From: an uncultured SAR86 cluster bacterium
Lineage (GTDB): Bacteria; Pseudomonadota; Gammaproteobacteria; Magnimaribacterales; D2472
Assembly: GCA_964276235.1 (NCBI GenBank)
Contig: CAXYEK010000002.1
Span: 2,115 to 66,114, forward strand
Direction of reading: 5' to 3'
Length of the DNA: 64,000 nt
The translations under genes were made by a program, and so were the position numbers. This document shows, one piece after another, positions 1 through 10,443 of the stretch. Under the pieces are notes generated by a model. That model saw only the letters and a list, made by a program, of their open reading frames with translations. It made no database searches and was not told where the DNA came from. Numbering within the stretch: position 1 is the stretch's first letter; every line of letters starts with the position of its first letter.

Positions 1-867
1 GAGCCAACACTTGAAATGATGAAGCTTGATGCTAATGCTAAATCAGCTGGTGTGTCTGCCACTATTGGACTCGGTGCAAGCCCTGGACTGACAAATTTGA
101 TGGCGCTCATTGCCATACGTGAATTAGATGAAGTCACGACAGTCTATACCGGCTGGGATGCGGGTGCAGCCACTATAGATGAAACTGCTAAGCAGCAATC
201 TAGCAATGCCGCTATGTTGCATGCAATTGAGCAAATGACTGGCAAGGTAAAGATATATCAAGATAGTGCCTATAAAATGGTCAAACCTCTCCAGGCAATA
301 AATGTTGAATACCCAGGTTTACCTAATTTTACCGGCAATATTTTTGGTCATCCTGAAGCAGTAACGTTTCCTCATTATTTTTCAGAGCTAAAAGATTGTA
401 TTAATCTTGCCCACGGTGGTTCCCTTGACTCAATTATTATTAAAGCTCTCACAGGTCTGGTGAACATTGGTTTCCTTAGCAAGGCAAAAGCATCAAATTT
501 ATTTTCATGGTTAGAAAGTCAGGAATCTCAACAAAAAAAATCTAATGCCAATAATTACCTTCCTTCTATGTATGGATTTGCGCATGGTTTAAAAAATGGA
601 GTTCCAGCGAGCGCAGGAGTTTGCATAATGAATGACGATGATTCTTTTGATCGCATAGGCATGGGAGAAATTACTGGAATCCCATTAGCCTGTGGAATTA
701 AAATGCTAGCCGAAGGAAAAATAAATGAAGCTGGAGTATTAGCTCCCGAAGCCGGTCACATTAATCCGCATGATTTTATATCTGATGTATTGGATGAGAT
801 ATCAAAGTTCCTTGACCTTCCGCTTGGTAACTTTGAAGAAAATATTAAGATTACACGATCCTGGTAA
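1..867 (+). CDS. Saccharopine dehydrogenase-like NAD(P)-dependent oxidoreductase (5' truncated by window edge)
   Basis: Frame open from base 1 (EPTLEMM...); family motifs GLGASPGLTNL, GHPEAVT and C-terminal GVLAPE. Confidence 0.75.
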   Translation, partial: EPTLEMMKLDANAKSAGVSATIGLGASPGLTNLMALIAIRELDEVTTVYTGWDAGAATIDETAKQQSSNAAMLHAIEQMTGKVKIYQDSAYKMVKPLQAINVEYPGLPNFTGNIFGHPEAVTFPHYFSELKDCINLAHGGSLDSIIIKALTGLVNIGFLSKAKASNLFSWLESQESQQKKSNANNYLPSMYGFAHGLKNGVPASAGVCIMNDDDSFDRIGMGEITGIPLACGIKMLAEGKINEAGVLAPEAGHINPHDFISDVLDEISKFLDLPLGNFEENIKITRSW

Positions 868-880
868 TCGAATGAATAAA

Positions 881-906
881 GATGGGAGGGCTAATAGCCT
901 CCCATC
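881..906. terminator. GC-rich hairpin, possible intrinsic terminator (U-rich tail on the minus strand only)
   Basis: GATGGGAGG-GCTAATAG-CCTCCCATC, perfect 9-bp stem 13 nt after the stop of the first gene; minus-strand tail TTTATTCATT, plus-strand tail AGTAAC. Confidence 0.5.
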
Positions 907-995
907 AGTAACTCAAAGGAAGGCTAAGCTTTGTCTCCAAATTCCTGCATGTGTTCTGCAATTCTCTCGCTATCCCCATTTCTACGCTGTTTCCC

Positions 996-1016
996 TTGTT
1001 GTAAAGTTGTTGTAAA
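996..1016. repeat. 10-bp direct repeat TTGTTGTAAA x2 (11-bp period)
   Basis: TTGTTGTAAA at 996-1005 and 1007-1016; partial third copy TTGTAAA at 1056-1062. Confidence 0.7.
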
Positions 1017-1111
1017 CTCTGTTTTACCCCTCACAAACCCTTGCTAAACATGGCTTTGTAAAAGGGTAGCTATTGAGTCAAAATAAAGAGAATAAAATAA
1101 AGGAGAAGATA

Positions 1112-1693
1112 GTGGAAACACCAAAAATTATTAATGTAGACTCTTCAACAGCAGAAGAAGTAAAGAGTGCTCTAATTTTAGGTTTCGCATCAGATCCGCT
1201 AGTAAGATGGATTTTTCCTGATCCAGTAAAGTATCTAAGAAGCATGAAATTCTGGATGGAGGAATTTTCAAAACCTTCCTTTGAAAATAAAGGAGTCTTT
1301 GCTGATGAAAACTTCTATGGAGCTTCGCTCTGGCATCCTCCAGGTGTCCACTTAGATGCAGAATCACTAAGTTCATCCTTCGAAGATATTCCTGATGATC
1401 GTGTTGAAAATGTTTTGAAGTTTTTTGATGAATTGAGCAATTATCATCCTGACGAAGACCATTGGTATCTAACTTTTATTGCATTAGATCCTTCTAAGCA
1501 AGGCATGGGCTTAGGATCTCTTATCCTTAAAGAAGCACTTCAGGTAATTGATGAGCAAGGTAAGATCGCTTACTTGGAATCTTCTAATCCAAAGAATATG
1601 AGTCTTTATGAAAGGTATGGATTTGAAACTATGGGAAGAGTTGAATTTGATGACTCTCCACCAGTTCATCCAATGATCCGATACCCAAAATAA
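1112..1693 (+). CDS. GNAT-family N-acetyltransferase
   Basis: HWYLTFIALDPSKQGMGLGS acetyl-CoA motif, AYLESSNPKNMSLYERYGF; GTG start at 1112 follows an AGGAG Shine-Dalgarno. Confidence 0.85.
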   Translation: METPKIINVDSSTAEEVKSALILGFASDPLVRWIFPDPVKYLRSMKFWMEEFSKPSFENKGVFADENFYGASLWHPPGVHLDAESLSSSFEDIPDDRVENVLKFFDELSNYHPDEDHWYLTFIALDPSKQGMGLGSLILKEALQVIDEQGKIAYLESSNPKNMSLYERYGFETMGRVEFDDSPPVHPMIRYPK

Positions 1694-1717
1694 ATTGAAA
1701 AAAAGTATCAGAGCAAG

Positions 1718-2155
1718 ATGAAATTAGATGAATATTCAGATGATTTTTTAATAGAAATATTAACTTCAGTTAAAACTATAGCCCTTGTAGGAGCGAGCTC
1801 CAACCCAGAAAGAGACAGTTTCAAAGTCATGAAAGTACTCTTAGATAGTGGCTATAAAGTGTTTCCAGTAAATCCAAATGAAAAAGATAATATTATCTTG
1901 GGACAGTCCTGTCATGCCGACTTGAATTCAATAGATGAATCGATAGATATGGTAGATATATTTAGAGCAACCGAAGCTGTCTTGGGCGTAACTAAAGAAG
2001 CAATAGAAATAGGCGCAAAAGTATTATGGACTCAGCTTGATATCATTAATAAAGAGGCTGCTGAGATAGCTCAAAACGCAGGCCTAAAAGTTGTGATGAA
2101 CAGATGTCCAAAAATTGAATTAGCTAAAGAATATTGGACTAGTAATAAAAATTAG
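1718..2155 (+). CDS. CoA-binding protein (YccU family)
   Basis: KTIALVGASSNPERDS, YKVFPVNP, IDMVDIFR, VVMNRCPKIE motifs. Confidence 0.9.
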   Translation: MKLDEYSDDFLIEILTSVKTIALVGASSNPERDSFKVMKVLLDSGYKVFPVNPNEKDNIILGQSCHADLNSIDESIDMVDIFRATEAVLGVTKEAIEIGAKVLWTQLDIINKEAAEIAQNAGLKVVMNRCPKIELAKEYWTSNKN

Positions 2156-2169
2156 ACTTAAATATAGTT

Positions 2170-2970
2170 ATGGAAGACAAGCAAAAAATATTATTAACCG
2201 AAATCACTAAAGAGGGGATCTTACGGATTGTGATGAATGACCCTAATAGTAAGAATGCTTTATCAGAAATAATGATTAACAGTTTAATAGAAAAAATACA
2301 TGAAGCTTCTTTGGATAATTCTATTAGAGTTATTGTCTTGGCGGCAAATGGGAACGTATTTAGTTCTGGTCACGACTTAAAAGAAATAACTGCTGCTAGA
2401 TCTATGGAAGAGGGTGGAGAAGATTACTTTAGCAGCTTATTTGAGCTTTGCTCTTCATTAATGCAATTAATAATAAACTCTCCTAGGCCAATCATTGCTG
2501 AAGTTTCTGGAGTGGCTACTGCTGCAGGATGTCAGTTAGTTTCAAGTTGTGATCTTGCCATATCATCAGAATCATCAAAGTTTGCTACACCTGGAGTAAA
2601 TCTAGGTCTATTTTGCTCTACACCAATGGTTGCATTATCTAGAGTTGTAAAAAATAAGCACGCTATGGAAATGCTTCTTACTGGTGATTTTATAGATGCA
2701 AATAAGGCAAAAGAAATAGGATTAATTAATAATTACTTTAACGAAAAAGATCTTACAGATAAGGTTATGGAGCTAGCTAATAAAATTGCTAGCAAGTCAA
2801 CAATGACAGTATCAATGGGTAAAAAAGCCTTTTATGCCCAAAAAGAATTAGATCTATCAAAAGCTTATGAACTCACATCTAGGGTAATGGTAGAAAATCT
2901 TCTTAAAGATGATGCTGTAGAAGGCATTAATGCTTTTTTTGAAAAACGCCCTCCTGAATGGAAAAATTAA
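2170..2970 (+). CDS. Enoyl-CoA hydratase/isomerase (ECHDC3-like)
   Basis: FSSGHDLKE, ATAAGCQLV, FATPGVNLGLFCSTP, EGINAFFEKRPPEW. Confidence 0.9.
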   Translation: MEDKQKILLTEITKEGILRIVMNDPNSKNALSEIMINSLIEKIHEASLDNSIRVIVLAANGNVFSSGHDLKEITAARSMEEGGEDYFSSLFELCSSLMQLIINSPRPIIAEVSGVATAAGCQLVSSCDLAISSESSKFATPGVNLGLFCSTPMVALSRVVKNKHAMEMLLTGDFIDANKAKEIGLINNYFNEKDLTDKVMELANKIASKSTMTVSMGKKAFYAQKELDLSKAYELTSRVMVENLLKDDAVEGINAFFEKRPPEWKN

Positions 2971-3046
2971 TAAAAACTACCTAGATCTTAATTTTTGAAT
3001 ATATATAAATTTTATAGGTAAAAAGGAGCTGCTTAAGTTAAAACCA

Positions 3047-4183
3047 ATGTCTAACAAAAATTTGTTGCCAAAAATACTTGCCACAATGGTTTTAGCAGTA
3101 ATCTTTACAGTTATAGGTTTAATGTTTTCGCCTTTAAAATCAGACTTACAGGATTGGCTCGCCCTTGAGTATAACTCTCACATCAACGAGCTAATGACTA
3201 GTCCTAATAATTATCTGATGTCAGAGCCAGAACCTATCATAGGAAAATCAACAAATTCCTCTCAAATAATCACTAATGAGATAAATGATGAAAACTCTAT
3301 GCTAGATATATGGTTTGATCGGAGTCAAACTCAAGCATTAATAGTTCAACGACAAGGAAAAATTGTCTACGAGCGTTATGGTGAAGATGTTAAGCAGGGC
3401 CTAAATGTAAATGGTATGTCTATGGCAAAAAGTGTCATAGCAATTCTTATAGGAATTGCTATCGACGATGAGTTAATTAATTCTGAGAAGGATCCAATTA
3501 GCATTTATCTTCCTGAGCTGACGAGTTCAAAATATAATCGAGTAGAAATAAGGGATCTCTTGAGACATACGTCAGGCATTCAATCATCTAATAGAGATTT
3601 GCAAGATACTTTAAATAACAAATTACTAAACCTTAGCACTAGAGATCTTTTGTTCAGTGATGATAAATCTTTTAGCTATGACAATATGAACTACCATCTC
3701 TTAATGCTAATTCTTCAGCGCCTGTATCAAAAACCTATCAATGAAATCATCGAAGCAAAGGTTTGGCAGTCACTAAGATTGGAGGATGCTTCTATGGTTA
3801 CCTCCTCAGGGTATTGTTGTTTATTTGCTACAGCAAAGTCATGGTTAGCTATAGGAAATCTATTCTTAAATCCAAATAATACAATTGTATCCAAGACTTG
3901 GTTAGACAAAATGGTACAAGATGCCTTGTTGCCAAAATCGTTTTATGTACAGGCTACTGAAAAATCGGTTGGTAATTCATATGGATATCATATTTATAGT
4001 GGCTTTAGCAATTTGCCTGAGATATTTTGGATTGAAGGGTTAGGGTTGCAAGTGATTATGATCAACCCAAAAACACAAACTATTGTGGTCCGATTAGGTG
4101 GAATTCCAACAGGCCTAAATCTTAAGTCGAACCGTTCAGACTCTTCCATAATAGCTCCGCTGTTAAAAACTCTTATAGAATAA
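3047..4183 (+). CDS. Beta-lactamase-family serine hydrolase (class C/NylB-like esterase or amidase), N-terminal membrane anchor
   Basis: SxxK (SMAK), LLRHTSG, YxN (YDN), G-L-G-L-Q motif; hydrophobic N-terminus. Confidence 0.8.
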   Translation: MSNKNLLPKILATMVLAVIFTVIGLMFSPLKSDLQDWLALEYNSHINELMTSPNNYLMSEPEPIIGKSTNSSQIITNEINDENSMLDIWFDRSQTQALIVQRQGKIVYERYGEDVKQGLNVNGMSMAKSVIAILIGIAIDDELINSEKDPISIYLPELTSSKYNRVEIRDLLRHTSGIQSSNRDLQDTLNNKLLNLSTRDLLFSDDKSFSYDNMNYHLLMLILQRLYQKPINEIIEAKVWQSLRLEDASMVTSSGYCCLFATAKSWLAIGNLFLNPNNTIVSKTWLDKMVQDALLPKSFYVQATEKSVGNSYGYHIYSGFSNLPEIFWIEGLGLQVIMINPKTQTIVVRLGGIPTGLNLKSNRSDSSIIAPLLKTLIE

Positions 4184-4249
4184 TGATTCTAAATTTTAAG
4201 CTATAAGTTCATGGCATAATTATTTAATGGAACAGGTAATAAACAAATC

Positions 4250-4999
4250 ATGAAAAGAGCATTAATAACTGGGTCTTCCTCTGGCATTGGTTATGCATAT
4301 GCTAAATATTTATCCGAAAGAGGATGGTACATCGATTTAGTATCTCAAAATATTGATAGGGCAAAAGAGGCTTATGAAAAGCTAAATTATCAGCACTCTA
4401 AGATCCACATACATGATTTAAGTTCCTTAAACTCCATCACAGAAATAACTTCAAATATTTCAACTCCGGATTTGATTGTTGCCAATGCAGGAATAGGTAT
4501 TAATGGGGCGGCTGGAAAAAATACTAATGAGAATATTGAATTTGCAAATAATCTTATGTTTGGCGGACCAATTAGGCTAATAGAGCACTATTTACCTAAA
4601 ATGAAAGAAAGAAAATCAGGAAGGATAGTTATTATTTCAAGCATAGGTGCACTTATACCAATGCCAAAGTCTGCAATATATGCTGCAGTCAAATCTGGTA
4701 TTTATGCATACGGAGTGTCTTTAAATGAAGAGCTTAGAAATGATAATATTTCTGTAACGGTGAGCCTTCCGGGTTATGTGCAAACCAATATTCATAAAAG
4801 GTCAGGATTAGAACATTTAACGAAACAAATACCTTCTTGGATGTGGGTTTCATCAGAACAAGTTGTTAAAGAAACTGAGATTGCATCTATTAAAGGCTAT
4901 TCAAAGGTAATCCCAGGTATGTTGTACCGAGTTGCAAGTATCTTTTTTAATCTTAAGATTAGTAAGTTTATATGGAAGTTAATGAATGGTAGAAAGTAA
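4250..4999 (+). CDS. Short-chain dehydrogenase/reductase
   Basis: TGSSSGIG, ANAG, YAAVK (YxxxK), PGYVQT. Confidence 0.9.
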   Translation: MKRALITGSSSGIGYAYAKYLSERGWYIDLVSQNIDRAKEAYEKLNYQHSKIHIHDLSSLNSITEITSNISTPDLIVANAGIGINGAAGKNTNENIEFANNLMFGGPIRLIEHYLPKMKERKSGRIVIISSIGALIPMPKSAIYAAVKSGIYAYGVSLNEELRNDNISVTVSLPGYVQTNIHKRSGLEHLTKQIPSWMWVSSEQVVKETEIASIKGYSKVIPGMLYRVASIFFNLKISKFIWKLMNGRK

Positions 5000-6017
5000 T
5001 TCTAAGGATTTATTTGGAAGATTGATGTTAAGCATTGAAGGGACATCACTTTCTAATGAAGATAAAGCATTAATCTCTAATCCTCATGTTGGAGGCATTA
5101 TATTTTTTTCTAAAAATTTTATTTCAAGAAATCAAATAAGTGACTTATGTAATGAAATTAAATCCATAAAGAAAAATATTATTCTTGCAGTAGATCATGA
5201 GGGTGGAAGAGTCCAAAGATTTAAAGATGGTTTCACAAAGATTTCATCTATGCAGTCTCTTGGAGAGTTTAGTATTAAAAATAGTAATTCTGATATCTGT
5301 AACGATGTAGGTTGGCTTATGTCTTCAGAGCTGATGGCGGCTGGAATCGATATTAGTTTTGCACCTGTTCTAGATATAGATAGAGATACAAGCAGTATCA
5401 TTGGAAACAGAGCATTTTCAGATAATCCACGCATAGTAAGTAAGTTAGCATCTAATTTTATAGACGGAATGAATGAGGCAGGAATGAAAGCAACAGGCAA
5501 GCACTTTCCAGGTCATGGTGGAGTTTTTGAAGATAGCCATCTATTAGAACCAGTTGATAATAGATCTTATACAGACCTTTTAGAAAAAGATTTAATACCA
5601 TTTGTTGATTTGAAGAATAAGTTGTCAGGAATTATGAGTGCACATATTACATTTCCAAATATTGATAAATATTGTGTAGGCTACTCATCCTTCTGGCTTA
5701 AGAAAATCTTAAGGGAAGAAATTAATTTCGAAGGTATTATTTTTAGTGATGATCTTTCTATGAAAGGAGCTGGAGAAGAAAATTTTGAAATCAAAGCTCA
5801 GAAATCATTAGATGCTGGTTGCGACATGATTTTAGTTTGCAATAACATTTCAGGAGCTAGTGAAGTCATCAAATACTTTGAAAAAAAAGATATTTCTCTA
5901 ACAAAGAGTATTTCAAAACTGAAACCGTCTAAAAAAATTCAATGGACTGATTTAGAGGACGACCAAAGAAGACTGAAAGTTCAAGCTACTTTAAAACAAA
6001 TAGGAGATGAAAGATGA
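4986..6017 (+). CDS. nagZ: Beta-N-acetylhexosaminidase (GH3)
   Basis: AVDHEGGRVQRF, FAPVLD, KHFPGHG...DSH, FSDDLSMKGA. Confidence 0.93.
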   Translation: MVESNSKDLFGRLMLSIEGTSLSNEDKALISNPHVGGIIFFSKNFISRNQISDLCNEIKSIKKNIILAVDHEGGRVQRFKDGFTKISSMQSLGEFSIKNSNSDICNDVGWLMSSELMAAGIDISFAPVLDIDRDTSSIIGNRAFSDNPRIVSKLASNFIDGMNEAGMKATGKHFPGHGGVFEDSHLLEPVDNRSYTDLLEKDLIPFVDLKNKLSGIMSAHITFPNIDKYCVGYSSFWLKKILREEINFEGIIFSDDLSMKGAGEENFEIKAQKSLDAGCDMILVCNNISGASEVIKYFEKKDISLTKSISKLKPSKKIQWTDLEDDQRRLKVQATLKQIGDER

Positions 6018-6535
6018 GAAGAATAGTTACTGGGCATAATGAAGACGGGAGATCTATCATTACGATTGATGGTCCACCTGCTAGATCTATCGGGGAGGAT
6101 GTCGGAGGTTTATTTGAACTGTGGAATACAGATGGAAATATAATAGATACTAAGGACAATTTAGATAGAGCAGATCAGGATATTATTCTTTCACCACCAA
6201 CTGGTGGAACAAAGTTTAGATATTTTCAGATTAATCCAACTCCAGAGGGAATTCCGATGGAAATAATGCAAGAAATTGCTGCAGATGCATTTGAAAAAAT
6301 TGGAGCAGGGCACCATAGAGTAGATACTTCAAAGCACCCAGCAATGCATAAAACAGAAACAATAGATTACATTATCTTATTAAAAGGCGATGTCACATTA
6401 ATTCTTGATGAAGATGAAGTAACTCTGAAGCCTCATGATGTTGTGGTGCAAAGAGGCACCAATCATGCATGGGTTAATAATGGAGATGAACCTGCTCTAC
6501 TAATAGCTGTACTCATTGATAGTGATTTAGAATAA
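6014..6535 (+). CDS. Cupin-domain protein
   Basis: RRIVTGH N-terminus, MHKTETIDY and VVQRGTNHAW cupin metal motifs; ATGA overlap with nagZ. Confidence 0.85.
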   Translation: MRRIVTGHNEDGRSIITIDGPPARSIGEDVGGLFELWNTDGNIIDTKDNLDRADQDIILSPPTGGTKFRYFQINPTPEGIPMEIMQEIAADAFEKIGAGHHRVDTSKHPAMHKTETIDYIILLKGDVTLILDEDEVTLKPHDVVVQRGTNHAWVNNGDEPALLIAVLIDSDLE

Positions 6536-6540
6536 ATTGA

Positions 6541-8355
6541 TTAGAAACTAATAGTTCCATTATTAATTTTTTCATAGTTTTCATTAGATAGCCTTGTGTA
6601 ACAATCACTTTTTGGCTCTCGAACAAATATCAAATCGTCATTAACTTTATCTAAATGATAAGCCTCATCTCTGAGTTCACCTTTCTTTAATTTAAATGTT
6701 CCGGTGGTTTCAAGCTCTTCAATAACTCTTATGAAAACAGGTCTTGCGTATGCAGGTAGCTTTTCATCAACAAAAGATGAGAAAGCATGCCAATCAAATG
6801 TATCAGGGTCACAGTTAAAGGCTACCATGCCAGCTCTGCCTTCGCTGTGGGCAACTTGAACTCCATAAACATTAGCCATATTCACTTGCTCAAATGAGTT
6901 AAGTATTTCACCAACCTCATTAGTGGATACATTCTCAGACTTCCATCTAAAAGTATCTCCAACTCTGTCAACAAACTGATAATGTTGTCTACCCAACGCA
7001 AATCCAACATCCATAGTTTTTAAAAGATCTCCAGTATCAAACCAACGATCTCCATCTTCTACTACATCTCTTATTATCTTTTTTTCACTTGCTTGTGCAT
7101 CTGTATAGCCGTTATATATTGCATTTGGACCAATTCTCATAAGAGCTAATCCAGGAGAATGATCATTAACTTCAATATATTTTCCATTTTCATCCACTAT
7201 TAATTTGTCTTCAGCAACGTCATATGCAAAAAGCTTAATATCAATGTTTGTCATTCCTATTGTCTGGTCTTTATTTAAAAGATTCATAAACATGCCGTTA
7301 GCTTCACTGGCACCGTATATTTCACAAATTCTCTCAACATTGAATCTATTTCTAAAAGTATCCCAGAGGTCAGGCCTCAAACCATTTCCGACCATCTTAG
7401 ATATTGGATTATCTTTCTCTTCTTCACATGGCTCTTGAAAGCTTAGATATCTGCATAATTCACCGACATAAACAAATGCAGTGGTATTAAATTTTTGCGC
7501 TTCTCCCCAAAAAGATGATGCAGAAAATTTACGTTTAATAAAGGTAGATGCGCCAACTTGAATGCAAGCAGAAAGACCAAGAATTAAGCCGGTTGAATGG
7601 TATAAGGGCAGGCAGTTATACATGCAATCTTCGCTTGTAAGTCTATATCCAGCCATAGTAATGTTTGTAGACCCTGCAACAACTTTTACATTTGGAAACA
7701 AAGCAGCCTTAGGCACTCCAGTTGTCCCAGATGTGAATATATAAAAAGCAGTATCACCTGCTATAACTTTATTTGTTTCATCAAGATTTTTGGATTTAGA
7801 TTCATCTAGGTTTTCTTTAATATTTGAAGCCCATTCAGGACAATTATTTGGATTAGTATCTTCAACCCAGAGTAAATCAGATGATTTAGTAATATTAATT
7901 TCATTTAATACACCTTCAAGAGAGTCAGACAACTCATCACCAAAAATACATTTTTTTGAATCAGAAGTGTTTATACAATGAACAAGAGGAGCTCCTGTGA
8001 GACTAGTATTAATTAAGACACCAATTGCTCCTAATTTATTTATTGCTAGAAGAGAGACAACAAAATTAGGCCTATTCTCCATGAATAAAACAATTCTATC
8101 TCCATGTTCTACACCTTCATTTAAAAGTTTAGTTGCAAGAATATTCGCTGCTTCGTTAGTCTGAGTATATGTCCAAACCTCATCCTCAAAATATAGAAAA
8201 TCTTTTTTTCCATATTTTTGTACTGTATCTTGAAAAGAGTGTGAAAGTGATGAGTTTGAATCTAGTTCAGGCCATTTATAACGCATCATTGGGATAATAT
8301 ATCTAAGCTCAGATATAACCCTAAAGAATTCTTTAATTGAAGCTAACATAACCAT
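6541..8355 (-). CDS. Long/very-long-chain acyl-CoA synthetase (FATP/FadD6-like)
   Basis: YIFTSGTTGVPKA AMP motif, YVGELCRYL, GNGLRPD, FVDRVGDTFRWKSENVST. Confidence 0.92.
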   Translation of the reverse strand: MVMLASIKEFFRVISELRYIIPMMRYKWPELDSNSSLSHSFQDTVQKYGKKDFLYFEDEVWTYTQTNEAANILATKLLNEGVEHGDRIVLFMENRPNFVVSLLAINKLGAIGVLINTSLTGAPLVHCINTSDSKKCIFGDELSDSLEGVLNEINITKSSDLLWVEDTNPNNCPEWASNIKENLDESKSKNLDETNKVIAGDTAFYIFTSGTTGVPKAALFPNVKVVAGSTNITMAGYRLTSEDCMYNCLPLYHSTGLILGLSACIQVGASTFIKRKFSASSFWGEAQKFNTTAFVYVGELCRYLSFQEPCEEEKDNPISKMVGNGLRPDLWDTFRNRFNVERICEIYGASEANGMFMNLLNKDQTIGMTNIDIKLFAYDVAEDKLIVDENGKYIEVNDHSPGLALMRIGPNAIYNGYTDAQASEKKIIRDVVEDGDRWFDTGDLLKTMDVGFALGRQHYQFVDRVGDTFRWKSENVSTNEVGEILNSFEQVNMANVYGVQVAHSEGRAGMVAFNCDPDTFDWHAFSSFVDEKLPAYARPVFIRVIEELETTGTFKLKKGELRDEAYHLDKVNDDLIFVREPKSDCYTRLSNENYEKINNGTISF

Positions 8356-8377
8356 ATCCCCCTGATATAGATAAAAT

Positions 8378-9451
8378 TTATTCTATAGATGTGACAATAA
8401 TCTCATCTGAATTTATAGGTAATACTAACATAGTGCCATCATGAGAAGCAGTCCAATTCTCCATGATTTCATCTACCCCTCTATACATAATATCTTCCAT
8501 TAACTGATTTCTTGGCGCTGGAAGATGATGATAGAAAACTAAGTGTTTTACATTAGCTTCATTCGCAGCTTTGACGACATCAAGAATAGGAGTGTGATAG
8601 TCAAGAATATCAATAGTAACAATCTCAGCTACAAAATTACCACTATTCTTCGCACCTCTATTAATTAGATCTAAAAGCTCCAATGACATAGATTCATGAA
8701 ATAAAACGTCAACATTTTTAGAATTATTAACCAGATTTTCATCATAAATCGTATCCCCACTGATACTTATAGATCTGCCTTTATAATCAATTCTGTATCC
8801 TAATGCAGGATCTACAGGGTCATGAGAAACACTATAGGCAGTAATTTTGAGATCTCCATCATCTATTAAAATTGGATTTTCTAAACTTACAGTATGAGCC
8901 TCAAAACCAACTACATCGAGCGGTGCTAAGATATCTCCATGATGTTCATTTCTAAAAAAATAGTCTTTTGCATAGGCATGTTCTATTCCATCTGTAAGCA
9001 TTTGAACTCCTTCTGGCCCATAAACTTTCTGCTTGGAATCTCTCTGTCCCCCTATCCATGTTGCTATATGAAATTCTGATATATCACCAATATGGTCTGA
9101 ATGAAGATGCGTATAAAATATTCCTTCAACTCTATCCCAAGGCGTATTCCAGTTGTTTAAATTCTGGGCACTCCCATTACCAGTATCGAATATAAATATC
9201 TGATTACCTGCTTGAACTAAGATACATGCTTCCGCTCTATTGGGATCATTAATAGGAGATCTTGAACCACAAACAACGGCTGTTAAAGCATCTTCTTCAG
9301 GTAAATAAGACACTGGTGTAGCCATATTTGCCATAGCTACTTCTAATATTTTATCTTGAATTGCTGGTTGTCTAATGAGTATTGAGTAAATAGCAAATAA
9401 TATAACTACTATTAATACTAGATATTTAATTATTTTTAAGCTTTTATTCAT
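8378..9451 (-). CDS. Membrane-anchored MBL-fold hydrolase (AtsA/ElaC/RNase Z-like)
   Basis: THLHSDHIGD metal motif, VSHDPVDPALGYRI, ISGDT, YHT, FYH; N-terminal TM helix. Confidence 0.8.
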   Translation of the reverse strand: MNKSLKIIKYLVLIVVILFAIYSILIRQPAIQDKILEVAMANMATPVSYLPEEDALTAVVCGSRSPINDPNRAEACILVQAGNQIFIFDTGNGSAQNLNNWNTPWDRVEGIFYTHLHSDHIGDISEFHIATWIGGQRDSKQKVYGPEGVQMLTDGIEHAYAKDYFFRNEHHGDILAPLDVVGFEAHTVSLENPILIDDGDLKITAYSVSHDPVDPALGYRIDYKGRSISISGDTIYDENLVNNSKNVDVLFHESMSLELLDLINRGAKNSGNFVAEIVTIDILDYHTPILDVVKAANEANVKHLVFYHHLPAPRNQLMEDIMYRGVDEIMENWTASHDGTMLVLPINSDEIIVTSIE

Positions 9452-9543
9452 TCTTAATAATTTTTTTATAATGAAATATTATACTTATAAATTATACTTA
9501 AAAATAATCGACATTAGCATACTTGCTGTGCGAAAATGCCCGA

Positions 9544-10407
9544 ATGGATTGGAGCAACTTAGCATATTTTTTAGCAGTAGCTAAAACTGGATCATTGAGT
9601 TCTGCAGCAAAAGAGCTTCAAGTAAATCATTCAACTGTTGCAAGACGTCTTGAGAAACTTGAGGCTGATTTAAGCATTAGATTATTTAAAAGACATAACA
9701 AAGGATATCAACTCACTGAACATGGTTTAGCCTTGGAACAAGAAGCTGTGAAAGTTGAAGAGCAAGTTGAAAGAATTCACAGAGTATTTAATGAGGAACA
9801 AACTTCCTTATCAGGAACATTAACTGTTAGTAAACCAATGAATGGAGGAATAAACCTAGCACCTATTGTTACCAGTTTTCATAAACAATATCCGAATATA
9901 GATCTGCACTTAATATCCTCTTCGAATCCAGATCTATCATTACATGAAGCAGATGTTGCTATAGCGCTTACTAATAATCCTCCAGACGATCTTGTTGCAA
10001 AAAAACTTGGTAAATTGCCTGTGTATATATACGGTAGTCAATCTTACTTAAGAGGTCCAAACCATGTCGATATAAAAAACTTAGATTGGGTCATATGGGT
10101 TGACGATACAAAACGACTAAATATGGAAGAAGAAATAAAGAAAAAAATCAAGTCGCCTAAAATTGTAATTAGAACTAATTCTTACAATGAAGCATACGAT
10201 TACATGTCATCAGGTATGGGAGTAAGCTTAATTTCGCCATTTGGATTACCGAATGATCATAATCTTCAAGCATTCAAGCCTGATGAATACAATTTCGATA
10301 TCAATGCATGGTTACTTTTTCATCCAGACATGAGAACCAATGCTAAAGTTACAGTATTTAAGGAATTCTTTTTAGAGAAGTTCGAAACTTTTATAGGACA
10401 TCTATAA
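9544..10407 (+). CDS. LysR-family transcriptional regulator
   Basis: MDWSNLAYFLAVAKTGSLSSAAKELQVNHSTVARRL HTH plus substrate-binding domain; divergent from the MBL hydrolase. Confidence 0.92.
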   Translation: MDWSNLAYFLAVAKTGSLSSAAKELQVNHSTVARRLEKLEADLSIRLFKRHNKGYQLTEHGLALEQEAVKVEEQVERIHRVFNEEQTSLSGTLTVSKPMNGGINLAPIVTSFHKQYPNIDLHLISSSNPDLSLHEADVAIALTNNPPDDLVAKKLGKLPVYIYGSQSYLRGPNHVDIKNLDWVIWVDDTKRLNMEEEIKKKIKSPKIVIRTNSYNEAYDYMSSGMGVSLISPFGLPNDHNLQAFKPDEYNFDINAWLLFHPDMRTNAKVTVFKEFFLEKFETFIGHL

Positions 10408-10443
10408 AAACCCAAATATCATAAATTAATAGGAGATATCTTT

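Noticed and set aside
770-1015. 81-aa plus-strand ORF bridging the first gene and the spacer
   Set aside because: Overlaps the upstream CDS out of frame, runs through the hairpin and has no recognisable motif.
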